Source: Bugula neritina
Lineage: Eukaryota > Animalia > Bryozoa
Length of the DNA stretch: 64,000 nucleotides
NCBI GenBank assembly: GCA_964035545.1
Contig: OZ037767.1
Span: 6,960,707 to 7,024,706 of the forward strand
Direction: 5' to 3'
Shown: piece after piece, positions 54,394-64,000 of the stretch
Layout: the number at the start of each line of letters is the position of its first letter
Position numbering within the stretch: the stretch's first letter is position 1
Made by a program: the position numbers and the translations under genes
The notes under the pieces: model-generated
Database searches by the model: none
Told to the model about the DNA's origin: nothing
What the model saw: only the letters and a program-made list of their open reading frames with translations

Positions 54394-56077
54394 CCTGAAG
54401 TAGTTGAACTCTATTTATCACATTATAAATATAATTACATATTACACATAATATATTGCACATGCAATATAAATAATTAGTATATGCACATAGCATGTGC
54501 TAAAGTTGTCATTAACTTATTTCTTACTTTTAGTAACATACTGCTTGCTATAATCTTTTTAGACTGACATGTTTTACTACTAACATCATACTATTGTTTT
54601 TTTACAATAATCACCTGTTTTCTAGAATATTTATTGTATAAACTTAATAGCCTTTACAACATTCTGAGTCACAAGATTGTTCTGGAAGGACTTGGTTTAC
54701 GAGTTTAGTAGTATATTACAGCAATATTGCTATAGCAAGTAAACTTTTACACGTGTATTATATAATCGGTATAATAAATATAATATATTTAAAATGTTAA
54801 ACATTTCCTATTTTCTACTGCTGATAAGCTAATTCAGAGCAAATGCAATCTACTTGAGTAATTTTTTCAAATAAATTCTAGGGCAGAAGATTGTTCTAGA
54901 AGGATTTTGCTTACAGTTTTAGTAATATTGAATCTATATATATAAACCTTGTGGGGTCCATCATGCCATGACTCCTAATCTGTATAACTAATATAGTATA
55001 CTTTAAAAGAAAAAAACTTTTTTTATTCTCTACTAATGCAGTGCAGTGCAAGAATAATTTACATAACTAACAAGCTATTGATATGGTTCAAGAGTCTGAG
55101 AAAAATTTATTTATTTTCAAAAAGTATTCTAAACAGTTTTTTGAAGTTGCTTCTAGAAAATGAAAAAGATATTAAAAGGTTCTGAACATCTTTAAGTTTT
55201 GAATTTTTAAGAAATAATTTAAAAGCTTGCCAATAATTTCTAGGAATTACAAAAAATGGCAATAATCAAATAATTAATTAAGCTTCCCTATACTAATATG
55301 TTTTGACACATCAAAATACACTGCAATCAGTGTTGCAGCTTGATTATTTAATAATTACCAGATGATATAGTCTTACAAGCTCTATCAGAAACTGATGTGA
55401 AAAGTTGAGTAGTTGGCAAAATAGAGGTAATTACAGTAATTGAGAAATGGAGAAAAGCCTGTGTTCTAGATTAGAAGTGTAGCTTAAGAAGTTATGTTGC
55501 CGCAAGAATTTCAACCCGCACCCCAAACCAAAGTTTAATAATAAAATTAACGAACTTAGGATATCTCAACTTCTCCACTACTTCTCCTAAATTAGATGTA
55601 AATGCAAATGTGATTGAATAATTTTAGCAACATTTTAAAACTTGTATCATCTTCTTAATAAAATATGTGAATAATTATTGTTCAATTCAGCACAACATGC
55701 AAGTTTATTTCTTATTATACATGACTTATTCGAATTCAAAGCCGCAAAAAAACCCTCCTCATTTAAAAGAAATAACAAAATATTCATTTATAATATTTAA
55801 AAAAATAAATTGTATATTTGCAACTCTAAGAACGCATATCAAATCAAATTACACAAAAAATATGTTGCTATTAAAAATACATAATAACCTATTAAGCTTC
55901 ATGCACAACCGAATCTTTTTAAAAATGAGATAAATACAGTATATCTTTGAATAGTAAAATAGATACTAATATATCAAAGGTTATTGTTTAGAATCACAGT
56001 TATATAATATATGTAGTTTAAAATGTATAAACATATAATTTATATAAATATTTCTGAAAAAAATGATGTTTTATTTT

Positions 56078-56125
<48 letters not shown>

Positions 56126-56140
56126 TTATATATATTATAG

Positions 56141-56193
<53 letters not shown>

Positions 56194-57505
56194 TCTATTA
56201 ACTTCTCTTGATAAACAGGGTAGAAACCAGTTAACTAAATAAATATGACAATCATATATAAAAGAAAAATCATATGTTACATGTTATTATTAGCAATCTC
56301 CATAGAAATCCTGCTCTTTTGCTTCTCTAATTGCTTTGTTCGTGCAGCACAAGAGCTTTTTGAAATTTTCCATCTTGATTGATTCACAAGAAGTTGCGGA
56401 GTTTTCACCGCCTCCACATGTACTTTCAATATACTGTTGAAAAATAACTATTGTAATAGTATTGTACAATATAGGGTAGAGCGTTTGCAGTTAGTAACAA
56501 CAAAGTCATAGGCTGGAACCCCAGTAAAAACATCGTGATGTTAGGAAAAGCATCCAGTCATAACTGCTTCGGTGCCACATATGAATAACTGTCCTTAGCC
56601 TGCTTTGAAAAGCCTTTCCATCAGGGGTTTCTTATAAGAATGGTGACTATAAACTTGCGTGAGTTTTATTATCATACAAGTTTTTTATATCAATAGTACA
56701 GCAGATCAACATTTCATAATTTGCAAACTATGAGAAACAATAATTTAGTCAATAATTGTAGTACTCTAAAATATTCCAAATAAGTGTTGTGTCTGTGTAG
56801 TGGCCGTGAGGTGTGATGGCTAGTGCGACTCCTTGCAAGTTAGAGGTTTCATGTTCGAATCCCAGTGGGGACAAAATTATTTCATAACAGTATAGTTTCA
56901 ATCTGCACAGTTTACACAGCTTTTTAGTCAACACCAATTTATCAAGAAAATCAGAGTAAATTTGGAACAATTTGATACTTGAATAATTCATCTTCATTTT
57001 ACAAGTAATGCCAACAGCTGTTATTCTTTACATGACCACTGAAAACTTTTTATGTTTAATAATGATTTTAAAATGCTGTCAAACTTTTACAGTTAACCAA
57101 CTTTATGGCTGCGATCAATGGGAGACTGGGGGAATCATAAGAACTGACACAAGCTGAAAAAATTTATTTTATATTATACTTTAAGTTTTTTTAATGAGAA
57201 AGTTATATTTCATAACTAATATTATGGCATAGAGTTTGCTAACTTGACTCGCAAAATCTGCTGCTATACTGAATGTTGTGTAACCAAAGACTATATGGAA
57301 GTTGACCAGTGTTAGTCAATATATATTATATATAAATGTTTCTGAAAAAAATAATTGTTTTATTTTACTATATATATATATCTAGGCTCATAAATAGTTT
57401 GCATTACCTGTTCTTGATAGACAGGGTAGAAACCGAGATCAAACAAAGCTTCACATTCAGCCAGTTAACTAATTGACAAGTAAACAATATAACTTACATT
57501 ATTGC

Positions 57506-57702
57506 TGTTGTAATATTTACACAGTTTATGTAAACTTGGAGTTACCTTTTCTTGATGTTTTAGCTGATCAATTATTATTCTGTTTTTGTAAAAGATAGTC
57601 ACTTCCTGTTTGGCAAACTGCAGTGCTTGATTAAAATAAACTGAAGATTAAAACTAATCCACTAATAATTGCTAGATAAATAGACATCTAAAGAATAAAA
57701 CA
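57506..57702 (+). repeat. 5' LTR of Gypsy element
   Basis: Direct repeat of 61453-61649. Confidence 0.95.
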
Positions 57703-57713
57703 TGGTGGCAGCG
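57703..57713 (+). other. primer binding site, tRNA-Leu type
   Basis: TGGTGGCAGCG directly after the 5' LTR is complementary to the 3' end (...CGCTGCCA-CCA) of eukaryotic tRNA-Leu(AAG/TAG). Confidence 0.8.
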
Positions 57714-57736
57714 TAATTTAATGGTTAGTTTAAAAG

Positions 57737-60700
57737 ATGGAAGGCATTTCACCACCTGGACAATTGAATTTAAGGGCAGAAGATTTGTCAGGAGAATGGC
57801 GGCGTTGGATTAGGTCATTTGAGGATTATTTGCTAGCAATAGACCTAACTGCTAACTCAAGAGCCGCAGAAAAAAGGAAATTAGCCTTATTCAGACATTG
57901 TGGTGGTGAAGATGTACGTGAAATTTATTCTCAAATGGAATTTAATCTAGAGGTTAGTGGAGAAATTACTGAAATTGAGGAAGGGGTTGCTGGGAGAAAG
58001 CTAGAAGATGTAATTAGGCGTTTTCATGAGTACTGTAATCCTCGCACTAGTATTGTGCTGAATAGATTTCAATTTCACAACAGTAGCCAAAGTGGAGATA
58101 CAATAGATGTATACTTAATGAAATTGCGAAGGCTGGCGGAAGGCTGTGAATTTGGCAATCAAAGAGATTCATTGATAAGAGATAAACTGCTTTTTGGAAT
58201 TGATGATTTTAATGAAAGAGAAAAATTAATGAAAGAGGTTGATGAAAAACTAAGTTTAGACTTTGTGATTAAGTCACTGAGAGTAGCTGAGAAATCTACA
58301 AGGCCTAAAGCGATAACGCTACCAGACCCCAAACCCGAAGAAGTCAATGCAGTACAAAATGTTGATAATAGGAAGTCAAGAATTCCTTCTGAGGTTACTT
58401 ATGATAAACGTTCCAAGAACCGATGTGAGCATTGTGGGAAAAACCATTACAAAAGTCAGAGATGTCCAGCTTATGGAACTAAATGTGCGAAATGCAATCA
58501 ATTCAACCACTGGGCCAGAGTGTGTAGGAATTTGAATAAAGTCAATGAAGTACAGCCAGAAAAGGGTGACACAGATTTTTATTTAGGAGAGACACATCAC
58601 ATTAACTCCATAGGTTCTCAATCCTGGTACACCAATCTCAGAGTAAGCACCAACAAACACAAAGGACAAAGGATCAAATTTAAATTAGATACTGGTGCGT
58701 CTCTTAGTGTATGTGGTCCACATCATGTCTCAGGGGAGCTAATCTCAACTAGCAAAAAATTGTACGGCCCAGGGCAGACACTTTTGACATGTTTAGGAAC
58801 AATAAAGTGCCAGATAACATCAAAGAATGAGCGCATAAATGAAGACCTTTATGTTATTCAAGATCAAACCACACCATTGCTTAGCCGTAGTGCATGTGAG
58901 AAATTAAACCTCATCTCTGTGGATTCATCTCAATGCCAAATAGAGAATGTGTGTGTTGATGAGAAGCTGTTCCAAGGATTGGGCAAAGTAAATACAGAGC
59001 ATGTCATTACGTTGAAAGGAGATGCTAAACCATTTGCTATCCATGTTCCCAGACCCATACCTTTTCCTAGAAGAAAGTTAGCAGATGAAGCATTGATGAA
59101 AATGATTGAGGATGGAGTAATTGTTAAAGTTGATGAACCTACTCCATGGGTGGCACCTATGGTAGTAGTTCCTAAACCTGGCCAAAACAAGGTGAGAATT
59201 TGCACAGATTATACCGAGTTAAACAAGCATATTTTGAGAGAGTTCCATCCCATGGCAACAGTAGATAGCAGCTTAGCTCAATTAGGACAAGGACAAATTT
59301 TTTCCAAGATTGATGCAAACAGTGGTTTTTGGCAAATTCCTTTAAGCGAAGAATCTAGCAAACTAACAACGTTTCTGACTCATTCTGGACGATATCGCTA
59401 TTTGCGACTGCCTCAAGGCCTATGCAGTGCTCCAGAAATTTTTGTTGCTGAAATGAACAATATTTTGAAGGATGTTGATGGTGTGGTTATACATATGGAT
59501 GACATACTGGTTTTTGGTGAGAGCAAGGAGCAACATGACACAAGATTGCAAATAGTGTTGGAAAAACTTAAAGCTTCAGGCATTACGCTCAATAAAGACA
59601 AATGTAAATTTGGAGTACCATCTGTTAATTTTCTTGGTTATGTCATAGATCAGTCTGGTATACATGTTGGCCCTCGAGTTCAAGGAATAGTAGATTTTCC
59701 TACTCCGAAAAATGTAACTTCAGTACGAAGTTTTCTTGGAATGGCCAACCAGTATGCTAAGTTTTCCGAGGAATTAGCTGCTGTGAGTGAACCAATTAGA
59801 ATGCTGTTGAAGAAAGATGTTCCATGGCACTGGTCCAGCAAACAAGAAAACTCCTTCACGAGGATAAAAGAAATATTTCAAAATGCACCAGTTTTAGCAG
59901 TCTATGATGTAGACAAAGACACCATAATCACAACAGATGCTAGCAATGCAGGTCTAGGAGCAACACTCTGTCAAATTCAACAGGATGGCTCTCGGCGCTT
60001 GATATCTGCTGCAAGTCGATCTTTAACAGAGACCGAAAAGCGTTATGCAGCCATAGAAAAAGAAAGTTTAGCAGTCTGTTGGGCTATGGAAAAGTTTTCT
60101 CCATATATACTAGGTATGAAGAATGTGGTTATTGAAACTGATCACCGTCCACTAGTTACTTTGTTTGGGAATATCTTTCTAGACAGGCTTCCACCAAGAA
60201 TTCAAGGGTTTAAACTTAGACTTCAAAGATTTCAGTATACTATCAGACATGTGAGGGGGTCTAAGAATGTTGCAGCTGATGCTCTCTCCAGGTATAACAC
60301 TGCTGAAGCGAACGAGATTGATGCAGCAAGAGAAATGGAAATTGAACTTTATATTGATAACATCTACCAACATGGATCTGATAGCAGGTTGGAGCAGCTT
60401 CGATTAGAACAACATGAAGATGAAATACTGTCAAAAGTAATCAAATTAGTAGAAAATGGATGGCCAGGGTATTTGTCCACTGAAGATGTCCTTCTGAAGC
60501 CCTATTTTGAAAGAAGATCTCTTTTAACAATAAACAAAGGATTCTTGACACTTGGCAATCGTTTGGTAATACCGTTAGCTCAAAGAGAACAGGTGTTGCA
60601 AGATATACATAGAGGACACTTGGGCATTACAAAATGTCAAGCACGGGCTAGAGATGGCGTGTGGTGGCCTTCTATGTCAAAGGCTATTGAGGCTATGATC

Positions 60701-61021
60701 AGCAATTGTGCTGAATGCAAAATCCATGCAGCTAAAATTACAGAGCCATTACGTCCTTCTGCAACTCCAGATAGACCTTGGCAACACCTTAGCACCGATT
60801 TGTTGACTTATAAAGGCCAAGTATATCTTCTGGTTATTGATAATTATTCAAGGTATCCTGAACTTGCCTTGCTGGGAAACTCTGACTTTTCTTCAAGTAA
60901 AGTAATAACACACCTAAAATCTATTTTTTCACGACATGGCATACCTGAAATACTATTGTCAGATAACGGCCCACAATATGCAAGTGCAGAATTTAAACAT
61001 TTTTCTGTCGAGTATGGATAA
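57737..61021 (+). CDS. Gypsy gag-pol polyprotein, integrase truncated by internal deletion
   Basis: Gag zinc knuckles CEHCGKNH..C and CAKCNQFNHWARVC; protease LDTGAS; RT HMDD; RNase H TTDAS/YAAIEKE/ETDHRPL; integrase HHCC, STDL, SDNGPQY, then a stop. The integrase tail continues in another frame at ~61021-61343. Confidence 0.92.
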   Translation: MEGISPPGQLNLRAEDLSGEWRRWIRSFEDYLLAIDLTANSRAAEKRKLALFRHCGGEDVREIYSQMEFNLEVSGEITEIEEGVAGRKLEDVIRRFHEYCNPRTSIVLNRFQFHNSSQSGDTIDVYLMKLRRLAEGCEFGNQRDSLIRDKLLFGIDDFNEREKLMKEVDEKLSLDFVIKSLRVAEKSTRPKAITLPDPKPEEVNAVQNVDNRKSRIPSEVTYDKRSKNRCEHCGKNHYKSQRCPAYGTKCAKCNQFNHWARVCRNLNKVNEVQPEKGDTDFYLGETHHINSIGSQSWYTNLRVSTNKHKGQRIKFKLDTGASLSVCGPHHVSGELISTSKKLYGPGQTLLTCLGTIKCQITSKNERINEDLYVIQDQTTPLLSRSACEKLNLISVDSSQCQIENVCVDEKLFQGLGKVNTEHVITLKGDAKPFAIHVPRPIPFPRRKLADEALMKMIEDGVIVKVDEPTPWVAPMVVVPKPGQNKVRICTDYTELNKHILREFHPMATVDSSLAQLGQGQIFSKIDANSGFWQIPLSEESSKLTTFLTHSGRYRYLRLPQGLCSAPEIFVAEMNNILKDVDGVVIHMDDILVFGESKEQHDTRLQIVLEKLKASGITLNKDKCKFGVPSVNFLGYVIDQSGIHVGPRVQGIVDFPTPKNVTSVRSFLGMANQYAKFSEELAAVSEPIRMLLKKDVPWHWSSKQENSFTRIKEIFQNAPVLAVYDVDKDTIITTDASNAGLGATLCQIQQDGSRRLISAASRSLTETEKRYAAIEKESLAVCWAMEKFSPYILGMKNVVIETDHRPLVTLFGNIFLDRLPPRIQGFKLRLQRFQYTIRHVRGSKNVAADALSRYNTAEANEIDAAREMEIELYIDNIYQHGSDSRLEQLRLEQHEDEILSKVIKLVENGWPGYLSTEDVLLKPYFERRSLLTINKGFLTLGNRLVIPLAQREQVLQDIHRGHLGITKCQARARDGVWWPSMSKAIEAMISNCAECKIHAAKITEPLRPSATPDRPWQHLSTDLLTYKGQVYLLVIDNYSRYPELALLGNSDFSSSKVITHLKSIFSRHGIPEILLSDNGPQYASAEFKHFSVEYG

Positions 61022-61452
61022 GCTTAAACCTGAACTCCCTGACCATGACTTATTCAAAAGGAGCAACGATCAGTATAAAGAGAAAATGAAAGAAAATCAT
61101 GACAAAAATCCTAAAGTGCGCCCCCTTTTGCCAGTAAATAAAGGAGACAATGTGATGGTGAGAGATATGCAAAGAGAAGGCTATGCTGCCTCTTCTTCAG
61201 ACAATATTACTCGTCGAACAAATGTCATGACTGACACTGGACCTTTAATACGTAACAGAGCTGATATAACTAATATCCCAACACGATGTTCTGAGCGAAC
61301 CAGAAAAGTGCCACGCTACTTAACAGATTTTGATTGTACATAATTTATTATCCACGCCTGTAGTATAAGTTGCACTTGATTTAATTACTGTTGTCAAACC
61401 GTTTCTTTTGTGTGTTTTTTTTTGTTGTTGTAGCCTGAAACTAAAGAGGGGA

Positions 61453-61649
61453 TGTTGTAATATTTACACAGTTTATGTAAACTTGGAGTTACCTTTTCTT
61501 GATGTTTTAGCTGATCAATTATTATTCTGTTTTTGTAAAAGATAGTCACTTCCTGTTTGGCAAACTGCAGTGCTTGATTAAAATAAACTGAAGATTAAAA
61601 CTAATCCACTAATAATTGCTAGATAAATAGACATCTAAAGAATAAAACA
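61453..61649 (+). repeat. 3' LTR of Gypsy element
   Basis: Follows the PPT; direct repeat of 57506-57702. Confidence 0.95.
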
Positions 61650-64000
61650 ATTGCATCGGATAGAAGATGTTGCAGTGCCATCCACTACTGTCTTTAATGA
61701 ACTAATTCGCTGTTTTAGTACATTCACTTTGGAACTAAATTGTGAATCACTGCGCAACATCGAAGCTAGTCTATTAGTTGGACAGTGAAAGAGGCAATAA
61801 ATATTCTCCAATTGATGACTGTAGTTTCCAGTGTGACTGCTCATCTAAAGTTAGTAACATAATTTATAACAGCTGCTGTTGCCTGATGAACATCTATTCC
61901 CTTACAATTAAGATTACAATACAAAAAGTTTGAATTTAATTCGGACCAGGTATTGCTCAAAATTTACAATTCTTATCATATAGTATGATACCCCTCATAT
62001 ACAGTTTCTTCAGCTTTTGACCTCTGATCAAAATACACAGCCAACAAACATGAGTAATTTAGTTTGCATTATGAAGTCATAAAATTTTTTCAGTTTTAAG
62101 CCTATAATTTAGGTCGCTAAAAATATATCGTTTAGACAAAATTAGAGTCACCATTGAAGTGTATCAGAAATTTTTTTTTTTTGAGGTTTCTGAAATTTCT
62201 GTGCTTTACATAACCATGTTACTTGCAGTAAGGTAATAATGAATGTCATTTACTTACAATTGCAAAATCCAAGCCCCGACAACTGCTGTAATTGCTAACT
62301 CCTCTCTGGCTATTAAACCTTCTATACTATTAAATAATTACAAAATACTGTGTGAAAACTGATAAAGCTTAAAAGTAACATAACAGCAGTTCTATTAAAT
62401 TTTAAACATTTTTATTTATTGGTGCAATAATTTAATTTAGACAAGTAGATATATATACTATTGCATAAATACAACCTAATACAGTTCATTATATGTAGAA
62501 GCTTTCATTGAAACAGGAATACAATATAATTTATAGGACATTTGCTGGCAGTTGTACTTACATATGGCTCTAAAATATCGTCTTGAAGTACAGAAAAAAT
62601 AAACTCGTCACTAGTTGTGTAAGAATCAAATATTGCCCTTCTTGTTCCATTATTGAAATTCTCAAAGAATGGTGAAAATGTTGATGATCTTTTATAGCGA
62701 TTTCTGCTCTTCAAACTGCTTAAAAGTAGAAATATATAAGGTATATACAATATATTTAGAATTAGAAACATAATTTTCTTATTTATAGTTGTTTAAGAAT
62801 TATAAAAAAAATTGAACTTGAAAACTTACTTGATCAAATTAGATTCCAGTGGCAATCCATCGAGTAACAATAATTGTACACTCACGCAAAAATATACTCT
62901 CAATATATTCTTCGTTTGTGCTAAAACACAATAAAAAACGTTTTCAAGCTAGTGAATATTATTCATCGTCAAGTTTCAATTCTTGGTGTTTATATTTTTG
63001 CACTAGCAATGTACTTGGTAAGCCACTGCTGTTAGATTTCAGTAAAATTCATTTTTAAGAAACATACTAAAATTCTAAATAAGCAAATTTTTAAAAATCT
63101 GGTACTGCTACAATATTGACTCAAAGATTTTTAAGATTTTAAGAAATTTTATAGAGAAAGAAAATATATAATAATAATTCATATAATAATTTAGCATGCT
63201 CACCCTTCTTTTAGCTAGAGGTAGTCAAACTAATGCATAGCTATGTTAATATAATTTTTGTTAATATTTATTGTAACCATATTATAAAAATTAATTGAAT
63301 AAATACGCTGCATATGTTTTAATGTTCTACTAATAACGCTATGATACTATAACATTTTATTAAATTTATTATTGCTACAATGTTGAATAAAATACCATAA
63401 ATAAACTTGAGATTTCAAGAGGTTAGACATATAAGTATAAAAAAACAAATTAGTATTCTCACCCATCTTGTTATAAGCAGTCGAAACTAGTTGATATATT
63501 TATTATTAATATATGATTCCTAAACTTTCTTATTTAGTAACTAAACTATATTGACACAACAGCTGTTTTAATGTTTACCAATAGTCCAGCAAGTATAAAC
63601 AAATGAATTGTGAGTTGGGTTTATATACTCTTTCAATACCTACTCAAATGTACTCATAGCTGACTTATTTATGCAATCAGCATTTTTTGCAAAAATCTAA
63701 TTGACTGTGTTTAAAAATATAAATAACTTACTCAAGACAAAATTCATACGCACATGCAAGTTTCTAGTCTGTAAAAAAGATTGCTAAACTAATATAATGT
63801 TATTAATTAAACAGCTATATTACAACAGGCAAAAAAATTGGTATGCATGTCTAAAATTAGACATCAAGTTTGCATAGTTATTTTATATTTAGAGTTTGAA
63901 TCTTCATTTATAGTTTACAAATGTTTAAAATTAATAGTAATTGCAAAATATCTTATTATAAATTAAATAATAGAAATGGAAACATTGCCAAAGTTGAAAA

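Larger units (their letters stand above)
57506..61649 (+). mobile_element. Ty3/Gypsy LTR retrotransposon, Mag-like, recent insertion
   Basis: 197-bp LTRs 57506-57702 and 61453-61649 (TG...CA, identical by eye); TSD ATTGC at 57501-57505 and 61650-61654; PBS; PPT aaagagggga 61443-61452; single gag-pol ORF with two CCHC-type knuckles. Confidence 0.95.
56290..63466 (-). pseudogene. secreted preproprotein, copy 4, disrupted by Gypsy insertion in exon 5
   Basis: All exons recognisable (last exon 56433-56290 with an in-frame 3-nt insertion); the LTR element sits a few nt before the exon 5 donor. Confidence 0.78.
52306..64000 (+). repeat. tandem segmental duplication, unit 4 (partial, with Gypsy insertion)
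   Basis: Collinear with the first ~7.4 kb of unit 1 apart from the 57506-61649 insertion and a local duplication near 57310-57475; runs off the window. Confidence 0.93.

Overview
AT-rich, intron-containing animal (invertebrate-like) genomic DNA; the species cannot be identified from the sequence alone. Positions 1-3454 are the 3' part of a BEL/Pao LTR retrotransposon (pol, PPT, 3' LTR), inserted into the DNA polymerase gene of a Polinton/Maverick (adintovirus-like) element. That element (3455-6346) carries the pPolB C-terminus, an adenain-type protease and two paralogous unknown ORFs, and ends in a 104-nt GC-rich hairpin. From 6347 to the end is a tandem array of a ~15.3-kb unit (three full periods plus part of a fourth). 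Each unit carries two convergent, spliced genes for secreted proteins that the ORF track shows only in fragments. The first is a + strand 5-exon gene for a signal peptide plus three Kunitz domains, two of which lack the C14-C38 disulfide. The second is a - strand 6-exon gene for a ~218-aa Cys-rich preproprotein with a furin site; its predicted helix layout and intron phases resemble four-helix-bundle (class I) cytokines. The complete units also contain an orphan last exon of an ELOVL elongase, tRNA-derived SINEs and microsatellites. Units 2 and 3 contain two families of (TA)n-associated short elements with minimal type I hammerhead ribozymes (Penelope/retrozyme-like); unit 1 has only a disrupted copy of one of them. 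A young Mag-like Gypsy element (identical LTRs, 5-bp TSD, integrase deletion) disrupts copy 4 of the cytokine-like gene. All gene models were built by hand from GT-AG sites and reading frames and need RNA confirmation.
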